DNA of 63,963 nt, the filler included, from Thraustochytrium aureum (Eukaryota): assembly GCA_012862495.1 (NCBI GenBank). It is 5 parts of 3 records of this genome, joined end to end, with 100 filler letters (N's around TTAATTAATTAA, not from the genome) between each part and the next. Parts side by side here need not be neighbours in the genome. Positions count along the whole stretch, not along the records: positions 1 to 16,880 come from BLSG01000114.1; 4 more parts are not named here. One strand, 5' to 3'. Both the position numbers and the translations under genes were made by a program. Of the stretch, positions 1-10,993 are shown one piece after another (the stretch's first letter is position 1; each line of letters opens with the position of its first letter). Under the pieces are notes generated by a model, which was not told the origin of the DNA, did not search any database, and was given only the letters and a program-made list of their open reading frames with translations.

Positions 1-264
1 GTTGGCATAGCTTGCGCCGGAGGCAACAGCGGCCTGGCCAAGGACCTGCTGCAAGCAGGTGCTGACGCCAACTATACGTGCGGGAGGTGCAGCACGCCGC
101 TCATGCAAGCGTGTAGAGCGGGGGACTTGGAGACTGTTCAGGCGCTTGTTTGTGCGGGGGCCTACACCAACATCCTCGACCCATGTTCGGGAATGACCGC
201 CACGGAATACGCGCGGAATGCCGGGCTCAGCGAAATCGTTGGCGCTCTCGAGCAAGGGCGATAG
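1..264 (+). CDS. Ankyrin-repeat protein, 3' end (5' part outside window)
   Basis: Frame 1 reads VGIACAGGNSGLAKDLLQAGADANYTCGRCSTPLMQACRAGDLETVQALVCAGAYTNILD...MTATEYARNAGLSEIVGALEQGR, stop TAG at 262-264. Ankyrin TPLxxA / G..E.V..L...GA pattern. Not in the ORF track. Confidence 0.8.
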   Translation, partial: VGIACAGGNSGLAKDLLQAGADANYTCGRCSTPLMQACRAGDLETVQALVCAGAYTNILDPCSGMTATEYARNAGLSEIVGALEQGR

Positions 265-688
265 GAGGACCAGAGCGGCCCAGCCCGCTCAGCGCATGCG
301 CGGCTCAAGCTCTCTTCCCAGTATGTAGAACGTCAACGTTGTGATTTCAATCAAATAAATGAAAAAGGGCGCATCTTGCTGTGTATTCGGAGGCGCGGCG
401 CCGGAGGAGGGCATTAGGCAAACAGACAAATACGTTGGTAGACTGCACCAAGCTAGCTAGCTGGCATTCATCAATTCATTCAGTCGGTCATAAGCACACC
501 GCAAAGCGTCGCGAGGACAGAGGGGCATGCCCTCCAAGAGGAGACAAGCCCGCGCCCCCAGCGACGGCACCAAGCCTGGCCAGCTCACAGGAGGCCCCGC
601 CAAGTGCCAGGCCGAGGCGCATGGGCGGGCGCAATTTGCACCGTCCGGGCCCACGGTGGCGCGGCCACCGCCACCTGCCGAGTCTCGA

Positions 689-1708
689 CTAGGACGACGA
701 GACCCCATCACCGGCCGCCTCTGAAGCGCTAGCAGAAGAGGGCGCGGGCGACGAAGCGAACGATTTGCCGACCGCGCCGCGCACGTCGATTACGAGCACG
801 GTGACGTTATCCATTGTGCCCTGCGCAAAGGCCTCCTGCGTGAGAATCTCTGCGCCCTCCTGCGCATCTTTGCACCCAAAAAGTATCTTGCCCACCTGCG
901 CGTTCTCGAGGACGTCCCAAAGTCCGTCGGTGGCCAGCACGATGTACATGTCATTGGCGCTACACTCCCAGGTAACGAATTCTGGATCAGGGATAACATA
1001 CTCTTTGAGCAGTCTGTCACCAATGGCGCGCGACACGGCGAGGACGCCCTCTACGCGCCACAGCCCCAGTGGACCACCGATCCGCCCAGGCGAGCGATTC
1101 GGTCGCGCTCGTCGTTGCGGTCTGGCTTGTGGTCGCGCGACAGCGGCATCACGCGGCCGTTCGACTGGACAACGATGGCGCGCGAGTCGCCAGCGTTGGC
1201 TACGGTAAAGCGAAGCCCGTCTGCGATGGCCACGAGCGCGGTGGTGCCGTCGTCCATGTGGCGCATGTGCGCGAGCTCGAGGAACTTTTGGTCTATTGCG
1301 CGGAACGCGTGGCTCAGCGCTGCTTGGGGCTTGGCCAGAGGATCGACGGGCGACTCTGCCAGGACCTTGCCGATGTAGTCGCAGCAGTACTGCGACGCGG
1401 CGTCGCCGCCGTGCCCGTCGAAGACGCCGTACAATGTCGCGTTCGGGTTGCCCATCAGGTTTGGGACGACCGTGTGGCGGTCTTCCATGTACGGGCGGCG
1501 GCCTTTCAGCTCGACCACGCCGTACTCAAAGACGCAGCCCTGGACGCGCCGCGGCATGAACAGCCCAGGGGAGAGCGAGCTCCCGCGCGAGAACACAACC
1601 CCGTAGAGGAAAACGGTCCATCTCAGCAAGATGCGCAGGACAAGGATGATCAACGGGATCAGCAGGATGAATACCAGCGGGTGCTTTTGGTTGAGGACGC
1701 TTTTCAAG
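689..1708 (-). CDS. PP2C/PPM-family protein phosphatase with N-terminal hydrophobic anchor (PPM1L-like); start in or beyond the N gap; -1 frameshift near 1064-1067
   Basis: Motifs GRRPYMED, GVFDGHGG, GTTA, VANAGDSR, LSRDHKP, LAVSRAIGD, LATDGLWD, GTMDNVT are split over ORFs 1051..2067 and 689..1036. One extra G in the GGGG run restores VVHWG(L/V)WRVEGVLAVSRAIGD. Confidence 0.93.
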
Positions 1709-2611
1709 NNNNNNNNNNNNNNNNNNNNNNNNNNNNNNNNNNNNNNNNNNNNNNNNNNNNNNNNNNNNNNNNNNNNNNNNNNNNNNNNNNNNNNNNNNNN
1801 NNNNNNNNNNNNNNNNNNNNNNNNNNNNNNNNNNNNNNNNNNNNNNNNNNNNNNNNNNNNNNNNNNNNNNNNNNNNNNNNNNNNNNNNNNNNNNNNNNNN
1901 NNNNNNNNNNNNNNNNNNNNNNNNNNNNNNNNNNNNNNNNNNNNNNNNNNNNNNNNNNNNNNNNNNNNNNAGGGCGCCGCAGCCGATCCGCTGCGCCAGG
2001 AGAGTGGCGCCAGTGGCGGGGACGCAGGCCAGCCGCGCGAGACCGCAGAGCCGCCTCGCACTCGCACGGAGACCGCCTCGCAGCCGCCGCTTGCTCCCTC
2101 CCCGTCTGCTGCCGCGAGTCGGCTGGCTCTGCACGCACTCTCTCAGGCCCTCCTCTCCTCCACTCCACTTGCTCGCTCGCTCACTCCATACAACCGCCCA
2201 GGCTCTTGACCTCAATCAATCAAAACAAAACAAAACAAAAAACCCTATAAAACATTTTATAGGCAATAAGGAGGCCTACTCCGAGGTGACCTTCGAGCTT
2301 CGAGCTGACTCGGAGGATTCCCCTGCTTGAGAGGCAAGTAAGTAGTCTGTTAGGTTGGGTTAGGTTGCGAGCGCTGCGGGGTTGGCTTGGGACGTTGGAC
2401 AGGCACGCGGAGCAGCGCGTCCAGAGCGGGACGCGAAGGGCGAGCAAGCGCGACAGAGCGGTGAGCGCGACAGGCGCGACAGGGCGATAGAGACAGGGCG
2501 ATAGAGACAGGGGCAGAGGGTCCGAGCTCTGGCGGCACGGACGAGTCGCGCAAAGTGCAGGGCGGGGACGCGCGAGGCGGTTAGTGCGCCGGCCAAGGCG
2601 GAACGGACAGG

Positions 2612-3670
2612 ATGCGCGGCGTCAAGCTCGCCGGCGCGGCTGTGGCCGTCGTGGTCGTGGCGCTCGCGGGAAGCGCCGCCGGGAATGCAGAGCCGGTCAG
2701 CGCATCCGCAGGGGGGGAAAGCGTGGCAGGGCTTGGCCAGCCGGCCGCGGCGCTGGCGGAGGCCAGCGTGAAGGCGCAAGCGCAGGACAGTGCGAAAACT
2801 GGAGGAGACAAAGCACGGCTCGACGCCCTGAAAGAAGGGACCAACTTGCGGGAGATGGCGCGTAGGCAGGCGCAAGAGCGCGCTAAGCGCCAGAAGGAAG
2901 GCAAGCCGCCCCTGCCGGACGCTCCGCCGACAAAGGCGGAAGCCGGAGCAGAGAAGGCGAAGGCGGAGTCTAAGGGGCCCCGCCCGTTCCGGCCTCCGCC
3001 CGGAGTTTCGGCGAAGGAGCGTCGGAGGCTTGAGCAAGAGCACAAACACCGGGAGCGGGTCCGCATTCTCCGGGAGATTAAAGAAGAGGAGCTCCAAGCG
3101 CTGGCAAGGGGCGACCCACACGGCCGTCGCTTGCAGCAAACCCCGCCCAAGCCGCCCTCCTGCTCAGACAGCGAGAAGAACGGCCAGGAGACCGACGTTG
3201 ATTGCGGCGGGGGCGACTGCCGGGACAAGTGGTACCATGACAATGGAGTTCAATTCCCGCACACGTGCTCGTTCGCGCAACAGTGCCACGTCAATCGCGA
3301 CTGTACATCCAAGACCTGCACGGCTGGCACCTGCGCCGCGAGGGCGCCGTTTGGCACAACCACCGATGCCCAGCTCACGCGAAGCATGCACACCGCGTTC
3401 TATCGACTCACGGAAGGCCAGGCGGACCGCACATTGGCTGCGGACAAGGCGAAGACATTTTTCCTTGATGTCGTCAACCCGGACGCACAGGAGATCCCGC
3501 CAGCACTGGAGGACATGTTTGAGCGCGAGTTTGCCGCATTCAGCGATTCGCAGGGTCTCGAATCCGCGGGAGCTTTGCGGTACGGATTCTTGACGCGCGG
3601 TCGTTGCTTCGACTTTGCTAAGCGGCTCATCGACAAGGCGCGAACGCTTGCGATCAGGAGCGAGCTTTGA
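2612..3670 (+). CDS. Secreted hypothetical protein with Cys-rich CxDxxxNGxETDVDCGG module
   Basis: 352-aa ORF with signal peptide (MRGVKLAGAAVAVVVVALAGSAAG), a charged/coiled region, GRRLQ, then SCSDSEKNGQETDVDCGGGDC...CSFAQQCHVNRDCTSKTCTAGTC. Confidence 0.75.
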   Translation: MRGVKLAGAAVAVVVVALAGSAAGNAEPVSASAGGESVAGLGQPAAALAEASVKAQAQDSAKTGGDKARLDALKEGTNLREMARRQAQERAKRQKEGKPPLPDAPPTKAEAGAEKAKAESKGPRPFRPPPGVSAKERRRLEQEHKHRERVRILREIKEEELQALARGDPHGRRLQQTPPKPPSCSDSEKNGQETDVDCGGGDCRDKWYHDNGVQFPHTCSFAQQCHVNRDCTSKTCTAGTCAARAPFGTTTDAQLTRSMHTAFYRLTEGQADRTLAADKAKTFFLDVVNPDAQEIPPALEDMFEREFAAFSDSQGLESAGALRYGFLTRGRCFDFAKRLIDKARTLAIRSEL

Positions 3671-4190
3671 TGCGCGCCGGGATCCAGACCTCGCAGGCCC
3701 CCCCGTCGCACCCGCCCTCCCGAGTTGTCAAAGTCGGGCGGCGAGGTCGGTGGTGCAGCACCTCACGACCGTAAGCATCGACGATTGTGCGATGAGAGAT
3801 CCGACACAGGTCACTCGCCGTGAATCCCGCGACTCCGCTCGAGCCGCCATCACATACGACCGACCGGCTGCTCCTCGCTCAGCGGTTGCTCACCAGCTCC
3901 CCGAGTCTGCAAAGCTTCGTGCGCCGGGAATCCATTTCAGGATCTTATCTAACTTTGTCTGTCCGCTGCCGCCTGGTCGGCAATGGTCTGCAAGGCAGGC
4001 TTGGAGGCCCCTCGCGGCTGGTCCTACCAGCCGCCACGCCAAACTCGTACCGCACTCAAGTTCCACTCGTGTGCTCCTTGGCGAATCCTGAGTCACCTCC
4101 TGCAGTCAGCCTGGTCGGTTGCCCTGCCCGCGACAATCCCTGCCCCCGCCGCTCCCCCGGAGTGATAGGGGAATGCCTTCACCAACCCAC

Positions 4191-4370
4191 CTGCAAGTCT
4201 GTTCGACGCTTCCCCGTTGCGCCCACGGCGGCATCGAGACCGTATCGTCTCTGGACGTTGCGTTTCACCCTCGGGACGGGCGGCCCGGGCAAGTCGCGCG
4301 GCATCCGCATGTACACGTTGCAGATGCTGGTGCGCGCCCGGCGACCGTGCTCCTCGTCCTCGGCAAGTAG
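4191..4370 (-). CDS. Possible internal exon of an unidentified gene
   Basis: On the minus strand a TTGAAAG acceptor-like site precedes an open frame LLAEDEEHGRRARTSICNVYMRMPRDLPGPPVPRVKRNVQRRYGLDAAVG..., which ends at CAG|GTGGGT (donor-like). No recognisable homology; boundaries approximate. Confidence 0.25.
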
Positions 4371-4624
4371 CTTTCAATTGATGCAAATAGAAGACGCACA
4401 AGGCACAGGCTCGGGACTTGCCTTCTTTTTTCAGAGCTAGNNNNNNNNNNNNNNNNNNNNNNNNNNNNNNNNNNNNNNNNNNNNNNNNNNNNNNNNNNNN
4501 NNNNNNNNNNNNNNNNNNNNNNNNNNNNNNNNNNNNNNNNNNNNNNNNNNNNNNNNNNNNNNNNNNNNNNNNNNNNNNNNNNNNNNNNNNNNNNNNNNNN
4601 NNNCGAATGGTGTGCAAGCGCACG

Positions 4625-5479
4625 CTATGGTTTGCACAGGTAGTCTTGCCGCACAGCCGCCCTGCTGCAATGCTCCAATGCAGCCTCGATGAGGTCGACC
4701 GGCGCGGTCGTAAACATACTTGCGGGGTACATGTTGGACCCCCACAGAGGGTGCAACGCAACGCGGCAAGAGCCCGCGTTTGTCGTGTGGAAGCGGCGCA
4801 CTTTCTCCAAGCCCTGAATCTCCGAGTACACCGCGGTGCCGCCCGACCGGACAGGAAGCCCCGAGCACGGGTCGCAAAAGTCGGCCCAGTGCCCGCGCGC
4901 CTCCAAGAACCTGCAAAAGGTCTCCGCAAAACCCGCAAACTGCTCCAAGCAATCGTCCTTTTCAATGGCCGTCTCCGCGTTCACAGTCAGGATATTCAGG
5001 CGCGTTTTCTGGATTGTGGGCACAATTTTGAGCGCGTCCAACGCCAGATCGCCGGATCGAAGCGGGCTTGAAAAGATGGTTTTCACATCAGCCCGAAGGG
5101 CGCGCGGGACGGCGTGCGCGGAGACCTCGAAGACGGCCGACTCATCTGCGTTCCAAACCATGCGCGGTTCAATCAGCTCGTAGCGGCGCGGCAAGTCTCC
5201 AGTCGCCTTTCGCTCCGCGCCCGCGCTCGTCTCCTTCGTCGCCGCTTCCCCCAGCGCAGAGGAGATCGGTGCCGCACGACCTGGCAACGCGCCCTGCGTC
5301 GCATTTTCAGTTTCCGCGACGGCCTGCGCGTCCTGGCGGCTTGTGCTGCACGACTCCTCGGCGGCCGCCTGCGTTTCGCACGGCGCGCCTCCCAGCGGCG
5401 CTGCTCGCGCCCCAGCTGCGGGGCAGCTCGGCCCGCCGCGGAGGCCGCAGTCGTCCTCGCTGCTCTCGCCCGTGTCCAT
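4625..5479 (-). CDS. MMADHC: Cobalamin trafficking protein CblD / MMADHC-like
   Basis: C-terminal domain ..EKDDCLEQF...FCRFLEARGHWADFCDPCSGLP...AGSCRVALHPLWGSNMYPASMFTTAP matches the MMADHC signature (GYWADFIDPSSG...CCKVIRHxLWG...GSIFTNA). First ATG at 5479. Confidence 0.85.
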   Translation of the reverse strand: MDTGESSEDDCGLRGGPSCPAAGARAAPLGGAPCETQAAAEESCSTSRQDAQAVAETENATQGALPGRAAPISSALGEAATKETSAGAERKATGDLPRRYELIEPRMVWNADESAVFEVSAHAVPRALRADVKTIFSSPLRSGDLALDALKIVPTIQKTRLNILTVNAETAIEKDDCLEQFAGFAETFCRFLEARGHWADFCDPCSGLPVRSGGTAVYSEIQGLEKVRRFHTTNAGSCRVALHPLWGSNMYPASMFTTAPVDLIEAALEHCSRAAVRQDYLCKP

Positions 5480-6120
5480 CGGGGCCTGCGGCTCGCGCGC
5501 GAGAGCTTCGCGGAGGCCTGCGTGATTCCGCCGGGCGCTCGACGGGACCACCTACCACTAACCTACCTACCTACTCTACCTGCCTGCCTCTGCGCGCGCC
5601 TGGCTCTAGCGTCTCGCGCCAGACCGGGCTCGCCTAGGGGCCTGCCGAACGCGCCGCTTGGAGCTCCGCCGCGCCACTGAACGCGCGACGCACAAGCGTG
5701 TTGTTGGGCACACGCGCGTCGCGCACCCACCGGATTGGGGAGGAACGACAGTGCTGTTCGCCGCGTGATCGAGCCCCATGCTGGGGCGGCGGCATGCTGC
5801 GGCCCGAGAGGGCGCCTGGGCTTGCAAGGCAGCGGTTCTCGCGAGATCGGCCGATCAAAGGGATCTTCGGCTCGGCTCGGTCGCTCGCACGCGCGAGCAG
5901 GTTCGGCCCCGACAGAGGTCCATGGCACTCACTCACTCGCTCGCCCGCCCGCTCGCCCGCTCGCCCGCTCGCTCGCTCACCCGCCCGCCCGGGGGGCTGC
6001 GCGCTGTCGCGGAGTCGAGGGGCCTTGCGACAGCGCCTCCTCTCATCCGGCAACACCGCCGCGCGGTTCGACACAATGCCCGCTGACGCCTTGCGTCCGC
6101 CCGAACAACTTGTGTCCGCG

Positions 6121-6603
6121 CTAACGACTTGCGTCCGCGCTGCCGCACCCCTCGCACGACAGCAGGAGCGGTCGCACGGTGGCGTCCATTGCCCAGTGCA
6201 CGCCTTGGTCTAGCGGCTCGACGATAAACGGAATGACCCCGAGCCCGACAGCCACCGGCGCCCACCGCCGCGCGGCGGGGCCGAGCGGCAGCCCGCTGCC
6301 GACCTTGCCCTCGAGCCCCGCTTGCACGGCCCAGACAACCCGGTTGATTGCCAGGCCAGGCAGCAACACCGACGCGAATGTCTGCCACAGCAGCGTATCG
6401 AGTGCAGCAACCCGCCGTTCGTGCGGGGTGGGCGCCAACCAGGCCTTGTGCGCCGTGTCGGCCAGAACATAGCTCGCCGCCACCGCATAGCTCGGCGCCA
6501 CGAAGCGCGGTGCAACCGGCCGGAACGCCTCGCCGACCTCGTTCGCGTACCCCAGCAGCCTCAGCGGCAGATCCCTGAAGACGTCCCCGGCCTCGCCCGC
6601 CAT
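6121..6603 (-). CDS. MTFP1: Mitochondrial fission process protein 1 (MTP18)
   Basis: DVFRDLPLRLLGYANEVGEAFRP...SYAVAASYVLADT...DTLLWQTFASVLLPGLAINRVV...GLGVIPFIVEPLD, the MTP18 family signature; 160 aa from ATG 6603. Confidence 0.92.
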   Translation of the reverse strand: MAGEAGDVFRDLPLRLLGYANEVGEAFRPVAPRFVAPSYAVAASYVLADTAHKAWLAPTPHERRVAALDTLLWQTFASVLLPGLAINRVVWAVQAGLEGKVGSGLPLGPAARRWAPVAVGLGVIPFIVEPLDQGVHWAMDATVRPLLLSCEGCGSADASR

Positions 6604-6840
6604 GTCGGTCGTGTCGTCGGCCGTCGCGTGGACCAACCAACTCACCTCCCGCCCTGCCCTTGCGCCCGCCCCTGCGCCGTGCGCCGTGCGCCAACGCCAG
6701 CACTGCCGCGCCTCCCTCTGCGCCAAGACGCTCGGCTGGGACCTGCGCACGGCCGCGCGGGCAGGGCTCGAGATGGCCGGCGTCCTGGACAGCTCGGGGT
6801 CTGCCGTGTCGCCAGACGAGACGACATTGTCAGAGCCGAA

Positions 6841-7935
6841 ATGGCGCTCGATGGGGCTCGCGCGCCGTTGAAGGCCGTGCTCCGGTGCCGGTGCGCTGTC
6901 CAGACGGTGTGCTTCGTGGAACGCAGGCCGATCGACGCACGGCCCACGGCTGCGCTGGAGGCGCTTGAGCGGGGCGTGCTGATCGCGCTCGGTCTTGCGT
7001 CTGGCGACATCGACCTGTGGGATGCTGAGACGCGCCGGCCTGTTGGCTCGAGGCGCCAGGCGCACTGCACGACGTACGGCGTGCTTGCCCTGCTTGAGAG
7101 AGACGTGCCCGGGCAGTTGCTGTCGCAAGGGCGGGACGGGTTTGTGCGGTGCTGGGCGTGGAACGAGCTCGAGGCCAACTGCGTCTGGCAGCTCGAGACG
7201 CACTCGAGCGGATTTTGCGTCGTTTCGCCGTGCCAGCAGCTCCTGGCCTGCACTACCGACGATGCGGACCAGCTCGTGGTCTGGGACACGGCTGGGCTGG
7301 AGGAGGGCCGGCAGGCGAGCGCGCGGCAGCTCGGCTCGCCGGCTCCTTACGAGAACATGGGCATGTGCATGGCTGTGCGCTTCGTTGGGCCGGGCGCTCT
7401 GCTAGCGTTGTACGAGAACGGTACAGTGCAGTCCTACGACTTGGGCAGCGGCGCGTGGGTTGACCGAGCCGCGGTCCGCATCTTTGACGAGGTCCCGATC
7501 GCTTTTGACTGCAAGGCCTTGTTACGCGCGGACCGAGCAGCCTGTGCGCAGGGCGTGGCATGCGGGGCCGACGCCGACCTCGTCGCCTTTGCTGTCGATA
7601 TGGGCGTGCCGAGCGGCAAGGTAAAGGCCCGCACTCGCCTTCGCGAGGAGGGCAAGGTAGCCCTCGAGACAGACCGCAAGGGGTTTTCCGCTGTCGCGGT
7701 GTCCCCGAACGGCCGTCTCGTGGCTTGCGCGGGCTGGGACGGCACGGTGCGCATCGTGGACTGGCGCCACATGCGCCTCCTCGGCGCCCTCCGCCACCAC
7801 TCGCGTCCATTGCGCAGCCTCGCCTTTGCGAGCGACTCTGTTCGCCTCATATCTGGCGGCGAGGACGGCCACGCCGTGGTGTGGCAGCTTCCCTACTCTT
7901 TCCCTACCAAATCTGCCCCGCTTGCACAACCATAG
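6841..7935 (+). CDS. GNB1L: WD40 protein, GNB1L/Asa1/DSE1-like
   Basis: LLSQGRDG, SSGFC, GMCMAV, LYENG, ACAGWDGTVR...LGALRHH...LAF, SGGEDGHAVVW are characteristic of GNB1L/Asa1. Divergent from MTFP1 across 237 bp. Confidence 0.75.
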   Translation: MALDGARAPLKAVLRCRCAVQTVCFVERRPIDARPTAALEALERGVLIALGLASGDIDLWDAETRRPVGSRRQAHCTTYGVLALLERDVPGQLLSQGRDGFVRCWAWNELEANCVWQLETHSSGFCVVSPCQQLLACTTDDADQLVVWDTAGLEEGRQASARQLGSPAPYENMGMCMAVRFVGPGALLALYENGTVQSYDLGSGAWVDRAAVRIFDEVPIAFDCKALLRADRAACAQGVACGADADLVAFAVDMGVPSGKVKARTRLREEGKVALETDRKGFSAVAVSPNGRLVACAGWDGTVRIVDWRHMRLLGALRHHSRPLRSLAFASDSVRLISGGEDGHAVVWQLPYSFPTKSAPLAQP

Positions 7936-9153
7936 CCATGTTGTGCAGCGAGGGCCGGGCATCGAGCGCGCTCGTTTGCACGGTCAGCGAGATCAAAGAC
8001 GACCTACTCGGATGCAGTTAACTGCGACCTTCAGTCCGGACTGGCCACGCGTCTGTGCTGTTTGCCACGACGGCCTTTCTCGCTTCGGAAGGCGGATCGC
8101 AAGCTGGAATCCCACGGCACGGGCATGGCTGGCTGATACCTGGTGTCGGCCGCCCGGCAGTTGGAAAGAGAGCACTTGGCTGAAACGCGCGTCCTGGATG
8201 GCGTGGACGCATTGTTGGTCCTGCGCTACTCCTGAGCAAGCGCACATCACGCATGCCATGGTCCTGGACGGCCAGGGGCAGCACGATGCAACTCTGGAAG
8301 GGCGCGAGTTTGTGACGCAGCCATTCTTCGTCCTCACCTATATCAGGCGTTGAAACTTGAAGCGCTCCATTCGAGTCGGGGCGTAAGGTTGTTGCTATGC
8401 TGCGCGAAAAAGAGACGGGAGGCGCGACCTCAAAAGATGAACGAAACGGTGCTGCCGAACCTTATTAACAGGGACGTCTCGATCTTGCATTGCATTTATG
8501 GAGCTGTCTTTGCTGCACCGCGCTGGATGTTTTGCCCTCGCGTCTCGCAGGCTGACATGATTCCCATGCCCCCGGCTGTTCTGCAGCTTGCTTGCTCAGC
8601 GTCCTCGGTTCTGTTCGCAAGGACTCGGAGACTTTTAAAAGTTAAATGGCAGCTTCGCGCTGGTCGTCGAGCGATCCTTCGCGAGAGCCATCGATGCTGG
8701 CCTGGACCACTTCCCCCAGCTGCAGGAGACGCGCCGTCCCGAGAAAGGCAGGCAGTGCAAAAGGCGCGGATGCACCGCGACAGTGCGGCTACCGCGCGGC
8801 GCCAGTGCCGTCGACGGTCCCACCCACGTCAATCGCCCGCGAGCGAGGCTGCATCGGACTGTGCAGAGATGAACTTCGCGACCGACATCGAGCACGGCGT
8901 GCGTCGGTCGCCGCACGCCCACTGTCCTGCAGCATCGACTGAACGCGAGGCGAGGCAAGTCCTCGTATGGATGGGGCAGCGCAGGCTGCTCGGTTGGCTC
9001 CATCCCTGAGCCGCGCTCACACTTTCCTGGTCCGGCGGCGGGGAGTTCTGCGAGGTTCTCGCAGGCGAAGCAGGAGGGATTCGCCGCACGGCGAGGCCAG
9101 AACGGACGCGCAACTGCGATCGCTGGCGGGTCTCCAGGCCGCTGGATAGATAG

Positions 9154-10849
9154 ATGATGATGGGCAAGGCCAATGGCGCCGATTTGTGGCGCGCGGTGGC
9201 GTGTACGGCGTGCGTAGCGGCGTGCGTAGCGGCGGCGGCGGAGGCTCAGGACGCGACGCTGCGCGTCGCGTTTGGGAGCTGCAACGATGTCAACAAGTCG
9301 CAGGCGGTGTGGAAGGCGGTGAACGCGCGAGAGCCCGAAGCGTGGATTTGGGGCGGGGACAACGTGTACGCGGACTGGAGGCCGCGCTCGGTGGCCGACG
9401 TGGTTCATATTGCAAAGACCGAGCCGGAGCGACTGCGCCAGGGCGCGGCCGGGATGTGGTTTCCAGCTGACGAGGCAAAGCTCCGCTTCTTGTATGGCAA
9501 GCTGCGCGCCGACCCCGGGTACGCCGAGCTGCTGGAGCGCGTCGGGGACAAGCTGATGGGGATCTGGGACGACCACGACTTTGGACTCAATGACCGCGGA
9601 CGGGACTTTGACGGCCGCGACGCCTCGCAGCGCGCCTTCCTCGACTTTATGGGCGCCCCTGCCGACGACGAGCGCCGGTCCCGCCCCGGCATATACTCGG
9701 CGCGCGACCTGGCGGGCGGCGCCGTGCGGGTCATCATGCTGGACAACCGCTACTTTCGCGACCCCTACGACGNNNNNNNNNNNNNNNNNNNNNNNNNNNN
9801 NNNNNNNNNNNNNNNNNNNNNNNNNNNNNNNNNNNNNNNNNNNNNNNNNNNNNNNNNNNNNNNNNNNNNNNNNNNNNNNNNNNNNNNNNNNNNNNNNNNN
9901 NNNNNNNNNNNNNNNNNNNNNNNNNNNNNNNNNNNNNNNNNNNNNNNNNNNNNNNNNNNNNNNNNNNNNNNNNNNNNNNNNNNNNNNNNNNNNNNNNNNN
10001 NNNNNNNNNNNNNNNNNNNNNNNNNNNNNNNNNNNNNNNNNNNNNNNNNNNNNNNNNNNNNNNNNNNNNNNNNNNNNNNNNNNNNNNNNNNNNNNNNNNN
10101 NNNNNNNNNNNNNNNNNNNNNNNNNNNNNNNNNNNNNNNNNNNNNNNNNNNNNNNNNNNNNNNNNNNNNNNNNNNNNNNNNNNNNNNNNNNNNNNNNNNN
10201 NNNNNNNNNNNNNNNNNNNNNNNNNNNNNNNNNNNNNNNNNNNNNNNNNNNGGCGGCGCGCGCGCGTCTTTTGAAGCTTGTGGTGGACTCCCCTGCGCAG
10301 GGCGTTTTTATCCTCTCTGGCGACGTGCACTTTTCGGAGTTTCAGTTGGCGACTTGCGCGTGCACAGGCCGCAGCTTCTCGCTGCCTGAGTTTACTAGCT
10401 CGGGGATGACGCATTCATGGCTCACGTACTGGCAGCCGATGGCGCATGCCATGCAGGCGGCGCACCACGTGCTGCCGTTCCAGTACAAGTTGGGCGCCCA
10501 CTGGTTTCTCGGCAAAGCGTTTGGGGAGCTCGAGTTTGCAGGGCTCGACGGCAGCGCCGCGCCGCGAGTGACGTGGCGCATCATCGATTTGAACGCGACC
10601 GTGCGCCACGAAGTGGAGTGGAGTCTAGAAGCGCTCAAACCAGCCGGCCAAGTTCATGGCTGCCAATGCGAGCCCGTTCTTGGGCGAGCCTCCGACAGCG
10701 AGGTGGCCTTTTGGACGTTTATGTGGGTCCTGGCGACGCTACTCCCCTTTGTTGCGATCGGATGTGCGTGTCTTTTGGTCAGCGAGCGCGCGTGCGGCTG
10801 CGGACCGGCGGCGCGTCTGGCGCGCGCAAACAAGGCGAAGCGCGCTTGA
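9154..10849 (+). CDS. phoD: PhoD-family alkaline phosphatase with signal peptide and C-terminal TM helix (central gap)
   Basis: RVAFGSCN, WGGDNVYAD, GIWDDHDFGLND, MLDNRYFRD before the gap; ILSGDVH, EFTSSGMTHS after it; terminal hydrophobic FWTFMWVLATLLPFVAIGCACLLV. Confidence 0.92.
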
Positions 10850-10889
10850 AAAGCAATACAAGATACCTTCGCGAGCAAGTTGGTGATTT

Positions 10890-10988
10890 CCTACCTTGAG
10901 CCTGAGCTCTCGGGGCTTGCTCTCGGGGCTTGCTCTCGAAGCTCTCGGGGCTTGTTCTCTATCCTACCTTGAGCCTGAGCTCTCGGGG
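10890..10988. repeat. Imperfect tandem/direct repeat (CCTACCTTGAGCCTGAGCTCTCGGGGC x2 plus GCTCTCGGGGCTT units)
   Basis: Directly visible between the convergent phoD and hydroxy-acid oxidase stop codons. Confidence 0.85.
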
Positions 10989-10993
10989 CAGGG

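Noticed and set aside
2350..2367. Telomere-like TTAGG(G) repeat
   Set aside because: Only two imperfect units (TTAGGTTGGGTTAGGTTG), internal to a scaffold.
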